Shown: positions 27,387 through 37,389 of the stretch, piece by piece
Position numbering within the stretch: position 1 is the stretch's first letter
Layout: each line of letters opens with the position of its first letter
Source of the DNA: Trebonia sp.
GTDB lineage: Bacteria; Actinomycetota; Actinomycetes; Streptosporangiales; Streptosporangiaceae
Assembly: GCA_036276115.1 (NCBI GenBank)
Contig: DATBEM010000025.1
Coordinates: 1-64,000, forward strand
Length of the DNA stretch: 64,000 nucleotides
Direction: 5' to 3'
The notes under the pieces: generated by a model
The model's input: the letters and a program-made list of their open reading frames with translations, nothing else
Database searches by the model: none
What the model was told of the DNA's origin: nothing
Position numbers and translations under genes: made by a program

Positions 27387-28454
27387 CTAGCGCCAGCCCA
27401 GGGCCGGGGCGACGTGCTTCAGCACGTTCTCGATCACGTGCGCGTTGTAGTTGACGCCAAGCTGGTTCGGGACGGTGAGCAGGAGGGTGTCGGCCGCCGC
27501 GATGGCCTCGTCCCTGGCCAGCTGCTCGATGAGCTGGTCCGGCTCGGCGGCGTAGCTGCGCCCGAAGATGGCCTCAGTTCGCGGGTCGATGTAGCCGACG
27601 TGGTCCTCGCCATCGTTGCGGCCGCCGAAGTACATCCGGTCCTGCCCGTCCACCAGCGGGAAGATGCTGCGGCTGACCGAGACGCGCGGCTCGCCGGGGT
27701 GCCCGGCTTCCCGCCACGCCGACCGGAACGCCGCGATGTGCTCGGCCTGGGTGACGTGGAAGGGGGTGCCGGCCCCGCTGGCGGAGTCGTTCGCGACCAG
27801 CGTGGAGCTCTGCAGGTGCATGCCCTGGGCGCCGGCCCACTCGGCCGTCGGCCGGGACCCGGCCCCCCACCAGATGCGGTCGCGCAGGCCCGGGGAGTGC
27901 GGCTCCAGGCGCAGGAGGCCGGGCGGGTTGGGGAACATCGGCCGCGGGTTGGGCTGGGCGAAGCCCTGCCCCTTGAGGACCTCCAGGAGGACCTTGGTGT
28001 GCTCGCGGGCCATGTCGGCGTCGGACGTGCCCTCGGCCGGCTGGTACCCGAAGTACCGCCAGCCGTCGATGACCTGCTCGGGTGATCCCCGGCTGATGCC
28101 GAGCTGGAGCCGGCCGCCCGAGATCAGGTCGGCCGCCCCGGCGTCCTCGGCGAAGTACAGGGGATTCTCGTAGCGCATGTCGATGACGGCGGTGCCGATC
28201 TCGATCCGGCGGGTGCGGGCGCCGATGGCCGCCAGCAGCGGGAACGGCGAGGCGAGCTGGCTGGCGAAGTGGTGCACGCGGAAGAACGCGCCGTCTGCCC
28301 CCAGCTCCTCGGCCGCGACCGCCAGCTCGACCGACTGCAGCAGCGAGTCGGCGGCCGACCGGACCTGCGACCCCGGCGAGTTGGACCAGTGCCCGAACGA
28401 GAGGAACCCAATGCGCTTCACGAATTGCTTGAACGTTCCACAACTCTCCCGCAT
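27387..28454 (-). CDS. LLM-class flavin-dependent oxidoreductase (luciferase-like monooxygenase)
   Basis: TIM-barrel LLM motifs (RIGFLSFGHW…, AAEELGADGAFFRVHHF…); true start probably a GTG/ATG slightly inside the ORF. Confidence 0.8.
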   Translation of the reverse strand: MRESCGTFKQFVKRIGFLSFGHWSNSPGSQVRSAADSLLQSVELAVAAEELGADGAFFRVHHFASQLASPFPLLAAIGARTRRIEIGTAVIDMRYENPLYFAEDAGAADLISGGRLQLGISRGSPEQVIDGWRYFGYQPAEGTSDADMAREHTKVLLEVLKGQGFAQPNPRPMFPNPPGLLRLEPHSPGLRDRIWWGAGSRPTAEWAGAQGMHLQSSTLVANDSASGAGTPFHVTQAEHIAAFRSAWREAGHPGEPRVSVSRSIFPLVDGQDRMYFGGRNDGEDHVGYIDPRTEAIFGRSYAAEPDQLIEQLARDEAIAAADTLLLTVPNQLGVNYNAHVIENVLKHVAPALGWR

Positions 28455-28480
28455 TCCGGCTTCCGGGCGGCGACTGGCGC

Positions 28481-29338
28481 TCAGCCGGGCAGGTCGGCCG
28501 GGTAGGGCTGCCCGAAGTCAGCCGAGCGGCTGACCTTCTCCCAGTCGGTGGCCTGGGCCAGCTGCCGGCGGGAGTAGTCCAGGGCCATATCGGCCGCGTT
28601 CACCCCGAGCAGCAGGTGCGACGGCGGGTCGCCCCGCTTGACTACCCGCACGAGGATCTCCGCCGCCCGGTCCGGGTCGCCCGCCGGGCCGTCGCCGGTC
28701 GCGCGCATGCGCTCGTGCATCACGCCGATCGTCTGGTCGTAGTCCGCCGGGATGTCGTGGACCGTCATCGACGACCCGGCCCAGTCGGTGGCGAAGCCAC
28801 TCGGCTCGACGACCATGACCCGCACCCCGAACGGCGCCGTCTCCACTGCCAGGGACCGGCTGAAGCCGTCCACGGCGAACTTGGCCGCCTGGTAGCTGGC
28901 GATGCCGGGTGAGCCCCCGGCCCGGCCGCCGATCGAGGAGACCTGCACGATCGTGCCGCCGCCGTGGGCGCGCAACGGCCCGATGGCGGCCCGGGACACG
29001 TTGTAGACGCCCCAGAAGTTCGTCTCGAACTGGGCCCGGAAGTCCTCGGCGGTACCGGTCTCAACCGGCGCCAGGTTGGCGTACCCCGCGTTGTTGACCA
29101 CCACGTCGAGCCGCCCGAAGCGCTCCGTCCCGGCCGTGATCGCCGCCTGCACGGCGCCCGGGTCGGTCACGTCGAGGGCGACCGGCAGGACCCGCGCCCC
29201 GTACTCGCCCGCGAGGTCAGCCAGCTGCTCCGGGCGGCGGGCGGTGGCGACGACCGAGTCGCCCGCCGCCAGCGCCGCCCGGGCGAGGGCGCGGCCGAGG
29301 CCACGCGATGAGCCAGTGATGAACCAGGTCTGTTCCAT
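28481..29338 (-). CDS. SDR family NAD(P)-dependent oxidoreductase
   Basis: TGSSRGLGRALA cofactor motif, NNAG, catalytic YxxxK (YQAAKFAVDGFS). Confidence 0.85.
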   Translation of the reverse strand: MEQTWFITGSSRGLGRALARAALAAGDSVVATARRPEQLADLAGEYGARVLPVALDVTDPGAVQAAITAGTERFGRLDVVVNNAGYANLAPVETGTAEDFRAQFETNFWGVYNVSRAAIGPLRAHGGGTIVQVSSIGGRAGGSPGIASYQAAKFAVDGFSRSLAVETAPFGVRVMVVEPSGFATDWAGSSMTVHDIPADYDQTIGVMHERMRATGDGPAGDPDRAAEILVRVVKRGDPPSHLLLGVNAADMALDYSRRQLAQATDWEKVSRSADFGQPYPADLPG

Positions 29339-29379
29339 GAGTCTTAGTAAAACACTGTTGCGCTAATTACGCAACTCAG

Positions 29380-30078
29380 TTGCACTATCATGAAGACGTG
29401 GCCACGTCCGAGTTCCAGCGCGCGCGCTCCGCCGAGGCGAAGCAGCAGCGCGAGAATGCCATCCTCGCGGCGGCGACCCGCCTCAGCGCCGGCCAGGGGA
29501 TCCGCCGGGTCACCCTCACCGACATCGCGCAGGCGGTCGGCCTGCACAAGTCCGCGATGCTGCGCTACTTCGAGACCCGCGAGCAGATCTTCCTCATGCT
29601 CACGGCGGCCGGCTGGCGCGACTGGTCGGCCGCGCTGCGGACGCACCTGGCGCCCCTGAGCCCCGGGCAGCCGGAGGAGCCGCCCGACGGCAAGCTGCGG
29701 GACGCGGTCGCCCGGGCCCTGGCGCAGTCGCTGGTGGCCCGCCCGATGTTCTGCGACCTGCTCGCCCAGGCCCCGCTCAACCTGGAGCGCAACGTGTCGC
29801 TGGAGTCGGTCCGCGCGTTCAAGCTGGTCACCCTGGAGGAGGTCGCCGCGATCGGCGCCGCCCTGACGCGGCTGCTGGGGCTCAGCGAACAGCAGGCGGT
29901 GGACGTGATCGCCACCGCGACGAGCATGGCCGGCGCCCTGTGGCAGATGGCCACCCCTGGCCCGGAGGTCCAGGAGCTGTACCGCGGTGACCCCCGCCTG
30001 GCCCACGCCGTCGTGGACGTGGGCCCGCGGCTGACCCGCGTGCTGGCCGCGCTGCTGGCGGGGATGACGGGCGGCTAG
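29380..30078 (+). CDS. TetR/AcrR family transcriptional regulator
   Basis: HTH (RVTLTDIAQAVGLHKSAMLRYFETREQIF); divergent to the SDR gene, a classic regulator-target arrangement. Confidence 0.8.
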   Translation: MHYHEDVATSEFQRARSAEAKQQRENAILAAATRLSAGQGIRRVTLTDIAQAVGLHKSAMLRYFETREQIFLMLTAAGWRDWSAALRTHLAPLSPGQPEEPPDGKLRDAVARALAQSLVARPMFCDLLAQAPLNLERNVSLESVRAFKLVTLEEVAAIGAALTRLLGLSEQQAVDVIATATSMAGALWQMATPGPEVQELYRGDPRLAHAVVDVGPRLTRVLAALLAGMTGG

Positions 30079-30122
30079 CGCTCCCGGGCCGCCCGCGGCG
30101 AGCCGGGGGCGAGACCCCGGCC

Positions 30123-30611
30123 TCACTCCGGCGCGAACGCCTCGCGCAGCCGGGTCTCCTGGTCGCTGGTCAGGTTCGTGCTGATGAGGTCGGCCTGGTG
30201 GCCGGGGAACTCGTCCTTGACCCGGTCGATGACGGCGTCGGAGGTGAGCAGGAACAGCGCTGAGGTGCCGGGGGTGACCTCCTCGCGAACGGACTTGATG
30301 AACGCGTCGCTGATCCCCACGTCAGCCAGCGAGCCGAACAGGGCGCCGCTGGCGGCGCCGATCGCCAGGCCCAGGATCGGGACGAAGAAGATCAGGCCGA
30401 ACAGCAGGCCCCAGAACCCGCCGCCGAGCGCCCCGCGCGCCTTGGCGTCGTGCAGCTGGTCTGTCCGGGGCTTGTTCTTCCCCTCGTCCCAGCTGACGAC
30501 GGCCGCGTCCTGGACCGTGATCAGGTGCTGGGTCTGCAGCGCCTCCAGCTTGTCCAGCGCTGCCTCCGCGCCGTAGGGCGACCCGAACTTCCAGACGGTG
30601 AGTGCCGACAT
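30123..30611 (-). CDS. DUF1269-like small membrane protein
   Basis: Two central TM helices (GGGFWGLLFGLIFFVPILGLAIGAASGALFG) flanked by soluble regions. Confidence 0.55.
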   Translation of the reverse strand: MSALTVWKFGSPYGAEAALDKLEALQTQHLITVQDAAVVSWDEGKNKPRTDQLHDAKARGALGGGFWGLLFGLIFFVPILGLAIGAASGALFGSLADVGISDAFIKSVREEVTPGTSALFLLTSDAVIDRVKDEFPGHQADLISTNLTSDQETRLREAFAPE

Positions 30612-30725
30612 CTTCGCCTCCGTTGCACGAGGGCCGGCGGCTCTCCGCCGCCGGCCACGCTTGCTGACGGCTTAGCCCATGCCCGGCCGCCCGGGGGCGG
30701 CCCTCATCCTTTCCGGGTGAAGCGG

Positions 30726-33287
30726 TCAGATCAGCTCCAGCTCGCGGGCGCGCTGCACCGCTTCCCGGCGGCGGCTGGCCGTGAGCTTGCGGTAGATGGC
30801 CGCCAGGTGCGTCTTGATCGTGTTGACCGACAGGCACAGTTCCTGGGCGATCTCGGCGGTCGACATGCTGGTCGCGAGGAAGCGCAGGATCGTCAGCTCG
30901 CGGGGGGTCAGCGGGTCAGGCAGGTCGCGTGGCGGGCGCGGCCCGGGAACCAGGGACAAGGCGGGCAGCGGGGCGCGCGGGGCCAGCGGCCACTGCGCGG
31001 CGATGTCGGGGTGGCGGGCGAGCAGCCCGTCGAACGAGTGCCCGGCCCACAGGAACGGCAGCCGGATGTCGTCGGTGGCCACCTCGATCGCCCGCACGAC
31101 GATCTCCAGCGCTTGCCCGTGGTCGCCGGACTCCAGCGTGGCCTGCGCGTCGCACAGTAGCGCGTCCACCACCGTGAACGAGCCGGCCAGGGCGCTGGGG
31201 GAGGTCAAGGCGGTGCGGACGCAGTCCCGGGCGGCCCGCGGGTCGCCCTGCGCGAGGTGAGCGCGGGCGCACGCGGTGGCCGCGAGCACGCCCAAGTCGG
31301 TGCCCCGGTACTCCTCCAGCCGCGCGACCGCCGCCCGGGGGCGCCCCCGGGCGGTGTCGAGCCGGGCGAGCAGCACGTCCCGGTACACCCGGGGCACCGG
31401 CGGGATCGCGCCGGCGCCCGGGTCGGCCAGGATCGCCCGCGCTTGCGCCTCCTTGCCCTGCACCAGCAGCGCGCCCGCCCGGCCGAGCGCGAGGGCGGCC
31501 GCCAGCCCCGGCTCGGCCGCCACCCCGGTCGGCGGCGCGATCCGCTCCAGCCGGGCGGCCCCGGCCACGAGGTCGCCCGCGACGAGCGCCCGCAGCCCGG
31601 TAGCAAGGTCAAGCGCGGCCGGGGCGGCCAGCCGGTGGCGTCCGCACAGGTCACGGGCGCGCCGGGTCGCCTCCTGGGCCTGGTGGGCCCGCGACCAGAA
31701 GGTGGCGGCGAACGCCATCATGGCCAGGATCTCGGCCTCCAGCCGGTGGTCACCCTCACGCCGGGCGGCCGCGAGGGCCTCGTCCAGCAGCGTCCCGACA
31801 TCTCCCGGGCGGCCGTGCCACAGGTGCGCGCTGGCCCGTGCGAGCAGCACCGCCGCCCGCAGGCCGGCCAGGTCGCTCGCGTCACCCAGCAGCCGCCCGG
31901 CGGCGGCGTCAACCGCGTCGCAGTCCCCGGCCCGCTGGCCAAGGACGAGCCCGGCCAGGTCGCGGGTGATCGCCAGGCCCGGGTCGGCCACAGCGCCACC
32001 CGGTACAGCGCCACCCGGTACAGCGCCACCCGGTACAGCGGCCCGCAGCCGCGGCAGCTCCGCCTCGACCTCCGACAGGTCCAGGCGCCGCACGAACGCG
32101 TGCGCGAGCCCTCCCCGGGCCACCAGCGCGGTGGCCAGGCCCCCGTCGCCCGCCCGGGCCGCCCAGCGGATGGCGCTGCCCAGGTCACCGCTGGCGGCGA
32201 ACCACTGCGCGGCGCGCTGCTGCAGGCGGCGCACGGACGCCTCCCCGCGCCGCTCCAGCAGGGCGCGCAGGACCGCGCCGAACATCGGGTGATAGCGGAA
32301 CCGGACGGGCAGCGGGCCGGCGGCAGCGACGAAGCAGTCGTCGCGGGCGAGGCCCGCGAGGATGTCGCCCGACCCGGCCCCGCCGGTTACCGCGTCCGCC
32401 AGCGGCCCGGTCACCTCGTCGAGAAAGCTCGTCTCGACCAGCAGCCGGCGGTGCCGGGCGGGCAGCGGGCGCAAGACCTCCTCGATGAGGTACTCGCCGG
32501 CGCTGCCGGGGCCAAGCGCGGTCCGGGTGACCAGGGAACCCGCGTCGGCGGCGCCCGCCATCGCCATCGCCGACAGCCGGACCCCGGCCGCCCAGCCCTC
32601 GGTCCGTGCCAGCAGCCGGTCAAGGTCCCGCCCGGCCAGCGTGACCCCGTGCGCGGCCAGGACGGCCCGCGCCTCGTCGGCCGTCAGGGCCAGGTCAGCC
32701 GCCCGCAGCTCGCTCAGCTGGCCGGCGAGCCGGTAGCGGTGCAACGGCAGGCCGGGGTCCCCGCGGGCGGCGAGCACCAGCCGCAGCCCCGGGCGCCGTC
32801 CCCGGACCAGGGTGTCGAGGCCGTCGAGGACGCCGGGGTCGTCCAGCACGTCAGCGTCGTCAATGATCATGACCACCGGGTCGGACTCGCTGGCGGCCTC
32901 GCCCAGCAGCCCCCACGCCCGGTCGGCCCCGCTCTCGTCCCGGGCACCGTCCTGAGCTGGCGCACCGTCCTGAGCTGGCGCGCTGATCTTGACGGAAGCC
33001 GCGCCGGCCGGCGGCGAGGCGCCCGACTGGGCCAGGGCCGACGCGACCAGGGGCCAGAACCGCGCGGCAGTGCCGTCGGCGAGGCCCGGCCCCACCCAGG
33101 CGACCCGCGTCCCGGCCGACCTGGCCCACTGCGCCAGCAGTGCCGTCTTGCCGGCCCCGGGGCCGGCCCGCACGAGCGTGAGCGGCGCGGCCGCCGCCTG
33201 GTCGAGGGCGGCGAGCAGCCGGGGGCGGGGGGCGTACCGCGGCGGCAGCGGCGGCACGCTCACCCGCGGGTCACGCCCCGTAGTCAC
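30726..33287 (-). CDS. LuxR-family transcriptional regulator, large ATP-binding LAL/MalT type
   Basis: N-terminal P-loop GPGAGKTALLAQW, long TPR-like middle, C-terminal LuxR HTH (LTPRELTILRFLATSMSTAEIAQELCLSVNTIKTHLAAIYRKL); 853 aa. Confidence 0.8.
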   Translation of the reverse strand: MTTGRDPRVSVPPLPPRYAPRPRLLAALDQAAAAPLTLVRAGPGAGKTALLAQWARSAGTRVAWVGPGLADGTAARFWPLVASALAQSGASPPAGAASVKISAPAQDGAPAQDGARDESGADRAWGLLGEAASESDPVVMIIDDADVLDDPGVLDGLDTLVRGRRPGLRLVLAARGDPGLPLHRYRLAGQLSELRAADLALTADEARAVLAAHGVTLAGRDLDRLLARTEGWAAGVRLSAMAMAGAADAGSLVTRTALGPGSAGEYLIEEVLRPLPARHRRLLVETSFLDEVTGPLADAVTGGAGSGDILAGLARDDCFVAAAGPLPVRFRYHPMFGAVLRALLERRGEASVRRLQQRAAQWFAASGDLGSAIRWAARAGDGGLATALVARGGLAHAFVRRLDLSEVEAELPRLRAAVPGGAVPGGAVPGGAVADPGLAITRDLAGLVLGQRAGDCDAVDAAAGRLLGDASDLAGLRAAVLLARASAHLWHGRPGDVGTLLDEALAAARREGDHRLEAEILAMMAFAATFWSRAHQAQEATRRARDLCGRHRLAAPAALDLATGLRALVAGDLVAGAARLERIAPPTGVAAEPGLAAALALGRAGALLVQGKEAQARAILADPGAGAIPPVPRVYRDVLLARLDTARGRPRAAVARLEEYRGTDLGVLAATACARAHLAQGDPRAARDCVRTALTSPSALAGSFTVVDALLCDAQATLESGDHGQALEIVVRAIEVATDDIRLPFLWAGHSFDGLLARHPDIAAQWPLAPRAPLPALSLVPGPRPPRDLPDPLTPRELTILRFLATSMSTAEIAQELCLSVNTIKTHLAAIYRKLTASRRREAVQRARELELI
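31991..32040 (-). repeat. 15-bp tandem repeat x3 + partial (cagcgccacccggta) inside the LuxR CDS, encoding (AVPGG)n
   Basis: Read directly from sequence; in frame within gene 30726-33287. Confidence 0.9.
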
Positions 33288-33527
33288 TCATCCACCCCCT
33301 CCTTCCTCACTGAGCAGGGGATTCATACCCGATATCGCTGACAGTCACCACGGTTACGACAAGCCAGGCATATAGGGCCCGCACGGCGGCATTCGGCTGG
33401 CGCCGATTGCCCGGTTCACCCCGGAAGGGTGAAGATCGCCCCCGCCGCCGCTGGCTAGCGTCGTTAGAAAGCGCAAAAGGAAACGCAGGAAAGCTAGGCC
33501 CACCGATTCGGAAGGAAGGCCAGCCTC

Positions 33528-34085
33528 ATGAGCAGTACTCACGATCAGGGCCCTCGGGACACCGGCACGGGCGTCAGCACCGGCGCGGGCGTCAGCCGGG
33601 ACGCCGGGACCGCGACCACGCAGGACACCCGGGCCCGGGAGGCGGGCCGCCATCAGGTGCCCCGCCCCTCCCCCCACTACGAGGGCACCGCGGACAGCGG
33701 GCCCGGCCCGCGGGGCGCGGCCCGGGGGTTCACCTACGCGGCGGCCGCCCTCATGATGCTGTCCGGGGCGTGGAACTTCCTGGAGGGCATCGCGGCCGTG
33801 GTCCGGGGCGCGTTCTTCGGCCGGCTGCCGGCCTACGCGTTCGACCTCTCGGTCCACGGCTGGGGCTGGTTCCACCTCATCCTCGGCGCGGTCGTGTTCG
33901 TCGCGGGCGCCGCCCTGTTCCTGGACATGTGGTGGGCACGGGCCATCGGCGTGCTGCTGGCGGGGGTCAGCGGCATCGTCAACTTCCTGTTCATCCCCTA
34001 CCAGCCGGTCTGGTCGATCGTGATCATGGCCCTCGACGTCGCGGTCATCTGGGCCCTGCTGACGCCCCGGCGACGGCACGCCTGA
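33528..34085 (+). CDS. Hypothetical membrane protein (N-terminal disordered region + 4 TM helices)
   Basis: ORF with Ser/Thr/Gly-rich N-terminus and C-terminal hydrophobic helices (…WGWFHLILGAVVFVAGAALFLDMWW…). Confidence 0.55.
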   Translation: MSSTHDQGPRDTGTGVSTGAGVSRDAGTATTQDTRAREAGRHQVPRPSPHYEGTADSGPGPRGAARGFTYAAAALMMLSGAWNFLEGIAAVVRGAFFGRLPAYAFDLSVHGWGWFHLILGAVVFVAGAALFLDMWWARAIGVLLAGVSGIVNFLFIPYQPVWSIVIMALDVAVIWALLTPRRRHA

Positions 34086-34163
34086 CCGGATCGGCCTCCT
34101 AGCAGCCAAGCCCCCGAGAGGGAGACCCGAGAGAACAGCCCCCACGCCGCTCACCCGCTCCGA

Positions 34164-34868
34164 TTGGAGTGGGGGCGCCCCATCCCCAGGCCCGGCCGCG
34201 CCGGGCACGACAGGCCAGAGCAGCCAATGACGGCTGGCGCCCCGCGCGGGGCGCATGAGCGGGAGCACCGATGGCGAAGCCATTCAACGGGATCATCAAC
34301 ATCGACATCCGGGCGCGGGTTCGAGCGCTTCTACGGCTTCCTCGGCGCCGGGACCAATCAGTGGTACCCCGACCTCGTCTCGCCCACGCCGACCACCAGC
34401 TCGGGCGGCTGCTGGACTACCTGGAGGAGACCGGCCAGCTCGATAACACGCTCGTCATCTTGGTGCCCGACAACGGCGCGTCCGGGAACGGCCCGGCTCC
34501 GTGACCTGATCAGCCTCAGGTACGTGGAGGCCGGCGCCAACAACGCGCTGCCGCTGGACGACCGCAGCCCGGTCGACGTCCTCACGACTGTCGGCGTCGT
34601 TCGACAAGGAGGGAGAGAACCCGGGCGGCGTCGCGACCGGCATACTGTCGCTGTACCACGGGGACCAGAAGGCCGGCGAGGGCCGGATCAAGACCCAGCC
34701 GGGCAAGTTCTCCATCGCCGGCGAGGGGCTGTGCGTGGGCCGCGACTCGGGCGAGCCGGTGACCGACGATTACCCCGGCGGTGCGCCCTGGCCGTTCACC
34801 GGCGGCACCATCCACCGGGTGGGATCGGTTCTGCCCGGGCCGGGGTTCCCGCGCCCCGGCGCGACTAG
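34164..34868 (+). pseudogene. Arylsulfatase-family gene remnant (N-terminally truncated, at least 3 frameshifts)
   Basis: Sulfatase C-terminal motifs are distributed over three reading frames: GFERFYGFLGAGTNQWYPDLV (frame of 34164), HADHQLGRLLDYLEETGQLDNTLVILVPDNGASG (frame of 34271), then SFDKEGENPGGVATGILSLYHGDQKAGEGRIKTQPGKFSIAGEGLCVGRDSGEPVTDDYPGGAPWPFTGGTIHRV (third frame); no catalytic N-terminal CxPxR region is present. Confidence 0.6.
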
Positions 34869-34925
34869 GGCTGGTCCCCCGTCAGCACGGTTGGCCACTA
34901 TGACCTGCGGGTATCGCAATCTGTA

Positions 34926-36347
34926 ATGGATATGAAGCATCAGCCCGAGATGGCCAGCCTGCCCCGTGACGAGCAGGCCCGGCTGGGCAAGGCGGCCCGC
35001 AAGCGGGTTCCCCGGCACAGTCACGCCGACCTGCGGCCGTCGGCCGATCGCGATCCCGTCGGGCTGCTGGAACGGCAGGCCCGGACCCGGGTCGCCGACC
35101 TGGTCCCGGTCCGCTACGGCCGGATGCTCGCCTCGCCGTTCTCCTACTTCCGGGGCGCGGCGCTGCCGATGGCAGCCGACCTGGCGACCACCCCGGCGAC
35201 CGGCTTCACCGTGCAGGCATGCGGCGACGCGCACCTGTCGAACTTCGGGCTGTTCGCCTCGCCCGAGCGGCGGCTGCTGTTCGACGTCAACGACTTCGAC
35301 GAGACGCTGCCCGGCCCCTGGGAGTGGGACGTGAAGCGGCTGGCGGCCAGCCTGGAGATCGCCGCCCGGGAGAACGGCGTCGGCCGCAGGCAGCGGCGGG
35401 CGATCGTGGCCTCGGCGGTTGCCCGCTACCGGGAGGCGATCACGATGTTCGCCGGCATGAGCAGCCTCGACACCTGGTACTCGGCGGCTGACGTGTCCGG
35501 CCTGCGCGACGTGATCGACTCGCGCCTGACCAAGCGGCAGCGGCGCGTCTGGGACCGGAGCACCGCCAAGGCCCGCGCGTCGGACAGCATGAAGGCCCTG
35601 AGCAAGCTGACGACAATGGTCGAGGGCAAGCCGCGGATCGCGGCCGACCCGCCGCTCATCGTCCCCGCCGAGGACCTGTTCGACGTGGCCGAGGAGTCCC
35701 CCGAGGTGATCGCGGGGGTGCTCAGCCGGGTGCTGGGCCGCTACCGGCGGACGCTGGAGACCGACCGGCGGCGGCTGCTCGACCGGTACCGGTTCTCCCA
35801 CATGGCCCGCAAGGTCGTCGGCGTCGGCAGCGTCGGCACGCGCTGCTGGATCGTGCTGATGCTCGACCCGACCGACTCCAGCCCGCTGTTCCTGCAGGTC
35901 AAGGAGGCACAACCCTCGGTCCTGAGCGACTACGCGCAGGCCACTACCTTCCGCAACGAGGGCCAGCGCGTAGTCGCCGGGCAGCGGCTCATGCAGGCGG
36001 CGAGCGACATCTTCCTCGGCTGGGACCGCGTCGCCGCCGACGTGGACGGCGAGCCTCGCGACTACTATGTCCGCCAGCTCCGCGACTGGAAGTTCTCCCT
36101 CGACATGGGGGCACTGCGCCCGGAGGGCCTGGAGCTCTACGGCCAGGCCTGCGGCTGGACGCTGGCCCGCGCGCACGCCAAGTCCGGCCAGCCGAGCGCG
36201 ATCGCCGGCTACCTGGGCAGCTCACCCGTCTTCGACGAGGCGGTGGCCGACTTCGCCGCCGGCTACGCCGACCTGATGGAAGGCGACTACCGCGCCCTGG
36301 CGTCGGCGACCGCCTCCGGCCGGGTCGAGGCGCTCACTGGCGTCTAG
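34926..36347 (+). CDS. DUF2252 domain-containing protein
   Basis: Characteristic …VQACGDAHLSNFG…, …FDVNDFDETLPGPWEWDVKRLAASL… motifs; 473 aa. Confidence 0.75.
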   Translation: MDMKHQPEMASLPRDEQARLGKAARKRVPRHSHADLRPSADRDPVGLLERQARTRVADLVPVRYGRMLASPFSYFRGAALPMAADLATTPATGFTVQACGDAHLSNFGLFASPERRLLFDVNDFDETLPGPWEWDVKRLAASLEIAARENGVGRRQRRAIVASAVARYREAITMFAGMSSLDTWYSAADVSGLRDVIDSRLTKRQRRVWDRSTAKARASDSMKALSKLTTMVEGKPRIAADPPLIVPAEDLFDVAEESPEVIAGVLSRVLGRYRRTLETDRRRLLDRYRFSHMARKVVGVGSVGTRCWIVLMLDPTDSSPLFLQVKEAQPSVLSDYAQATTFRNEGQRVVAGQRLMQAASDIFLGWDRVAADVDGEPRDYYVRQLRDWKFSLDMGALRPEGLELYGQACGWTLARAHAKSGQPSAIAGYLGSSPVFDEAVADFAAGYADLMEGDYRALASATASGRVEALTGV

Positions 36348-36676
36348 GCGCTAGCGCGGGCGGACCTCGCGCAACAGCCGCCGGACGTCGCGGTACGCCT
36401 CGGCCGCTCCGGCGGCGAGCCCGGCCGCTCCGGCGGCGAGCCCAGCCACGAGGCGGACGCAGGGGCCGTGGCGCCGGCCAGGGCGGCCACCGTGGCGCCG
36501 AGGGCTTCCTCCGACGTGGGCTCCTGGCCGCGCGCGCGAAGCTCGGCCAGGTACGGCTCGCTGAGCCCTGCGCGGTCTTTGCCCGCCGACTGTGCCCGCG
36601 CCGCCGCGAACGCCTCCCGCCGTGACCGTGACCGATGCCGGATCTCGGCCCAGCCGTCAGCTTGGGCCATGCTCAT
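36344..36676 (-). CDS. Small hypothetical protein (low confidence)
   Basis: 110-aa ORF fitting the gap between the DUF2252 and HxlR genes; contains a 21-bp direct repeat (GSPPERP x2); may be non-coding. Confidence 0.3.
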   Translation of the reverse strand: MSMAQADGWAEIRHRSRSRREAFAAARAQSAGKDRAGLSEPYLAELRARGQEPTSEEALGATVAALAGATAPASASWLGSPPERPGSPPERPRRTATSGGCCARSARASA

Positions 36677-36679
36677 CGT

Positions 36680-37222
36680 TCACGGCTGGCTGTCGGCTTT
36701 GGGCCGGGTGCGGATTGTCGCGTCGGTCTGCTCGGACGAGACGACGTGGCCGGCCGCGCACTTGACGGCGATGTCCAGGCGCTTCCCGCAGCCGGAGTGG
36801 AGCAGCTCGATGGGGGCGGTGCTGTTCTCCAGCTGGTCCCCCCAGCGCATCATGGCCACGAGGACCGGGAAGAACGCGCGGCCCTGGTCGGTCAGCACGT
36901 ACTCCATGCGGGTGCGGGAACCGGGCTCGCGATAGGGCCGCTGGGTCAGCAGGCCGCCCTCGACCAGCTTCTTGAGCCGCTTCGCGGCGAGGGCGTCGCT
37001 GAGGCCGGTGTGCCGGGCGAGGTCCTCGAACCGGTGGGCCCCGAGGAACGCCTCGCGCATGAGGATCACGGCTGACCGGGTGCCGACCAGCTCCAGGGCG
37101 CGCTCGATCGAGCACGACATCTCGGCCGTCCACGCGTCGCGGTTGGCGAAGCGGCCAACGCGGCCCATGACGCCGTCGTCCGGGCCGGGCTGGCGGAGTT
37201 CTGCCGTCACGTTATTCACCAT
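36680..37222 (-). CDS. HxlR-family winged-helix transcriptional regulator
   Basis: C…IERALELVGTRSAVILMREAFLGAHRFEDLARHTGLSDALAAKRLKKLVEGGLLTQRPY is the HxlR signature; start may be at internal ATG. Confidence 0.75.
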   Translation of the reverse strand: MVNNVTAELRQPGPDDGVMGRVGRFANRDAWTAEMSCSIERALELVGTRSAVILMREAFLGAHRFEDLARHTGLSDALAAKRLKKLVEGGLLTQRPYREPGSRTRMEYVLTDQGRAFFPVLVAMMRWGDQLENSTAPIELLHSGCGKRLDIAVKCAAGHVVSSEQTDATIRTRPKADSQP

Positions 37223-37389
37223 GCCTCACCTTTGACATTGACTAGACAGAAGCAAACTCAGCAGATATGGCCTGACCACGCCTCAGTCTGGTCAGGATCT
37301 AACCACGCCCGATCGGCCTAGCGTTACCGACGCGCCGCTGGGCCACCCATAGCGCCATGAATGACGCGTCTCTCGCTAAGAGGCGGGTC

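Noticed and set aside
33354-34283. 309-aa minus-strand ORF
   Set aside because: Antisense to the membrane protein gene 33528-34085; artefactual composition.
34271-34504. 77-aa ORF as a stand-alone gene
   Set aside because: It is one frame-fragment of the sulfatase pseudogene rather than an independent gene.
36344-36676. Small ORF with a 21-bp duplication as a confident gene
   Set aside because: Kept only as a low-confidence CDS; no motif, and the composition could equally be non-coding GC-rich spacer.
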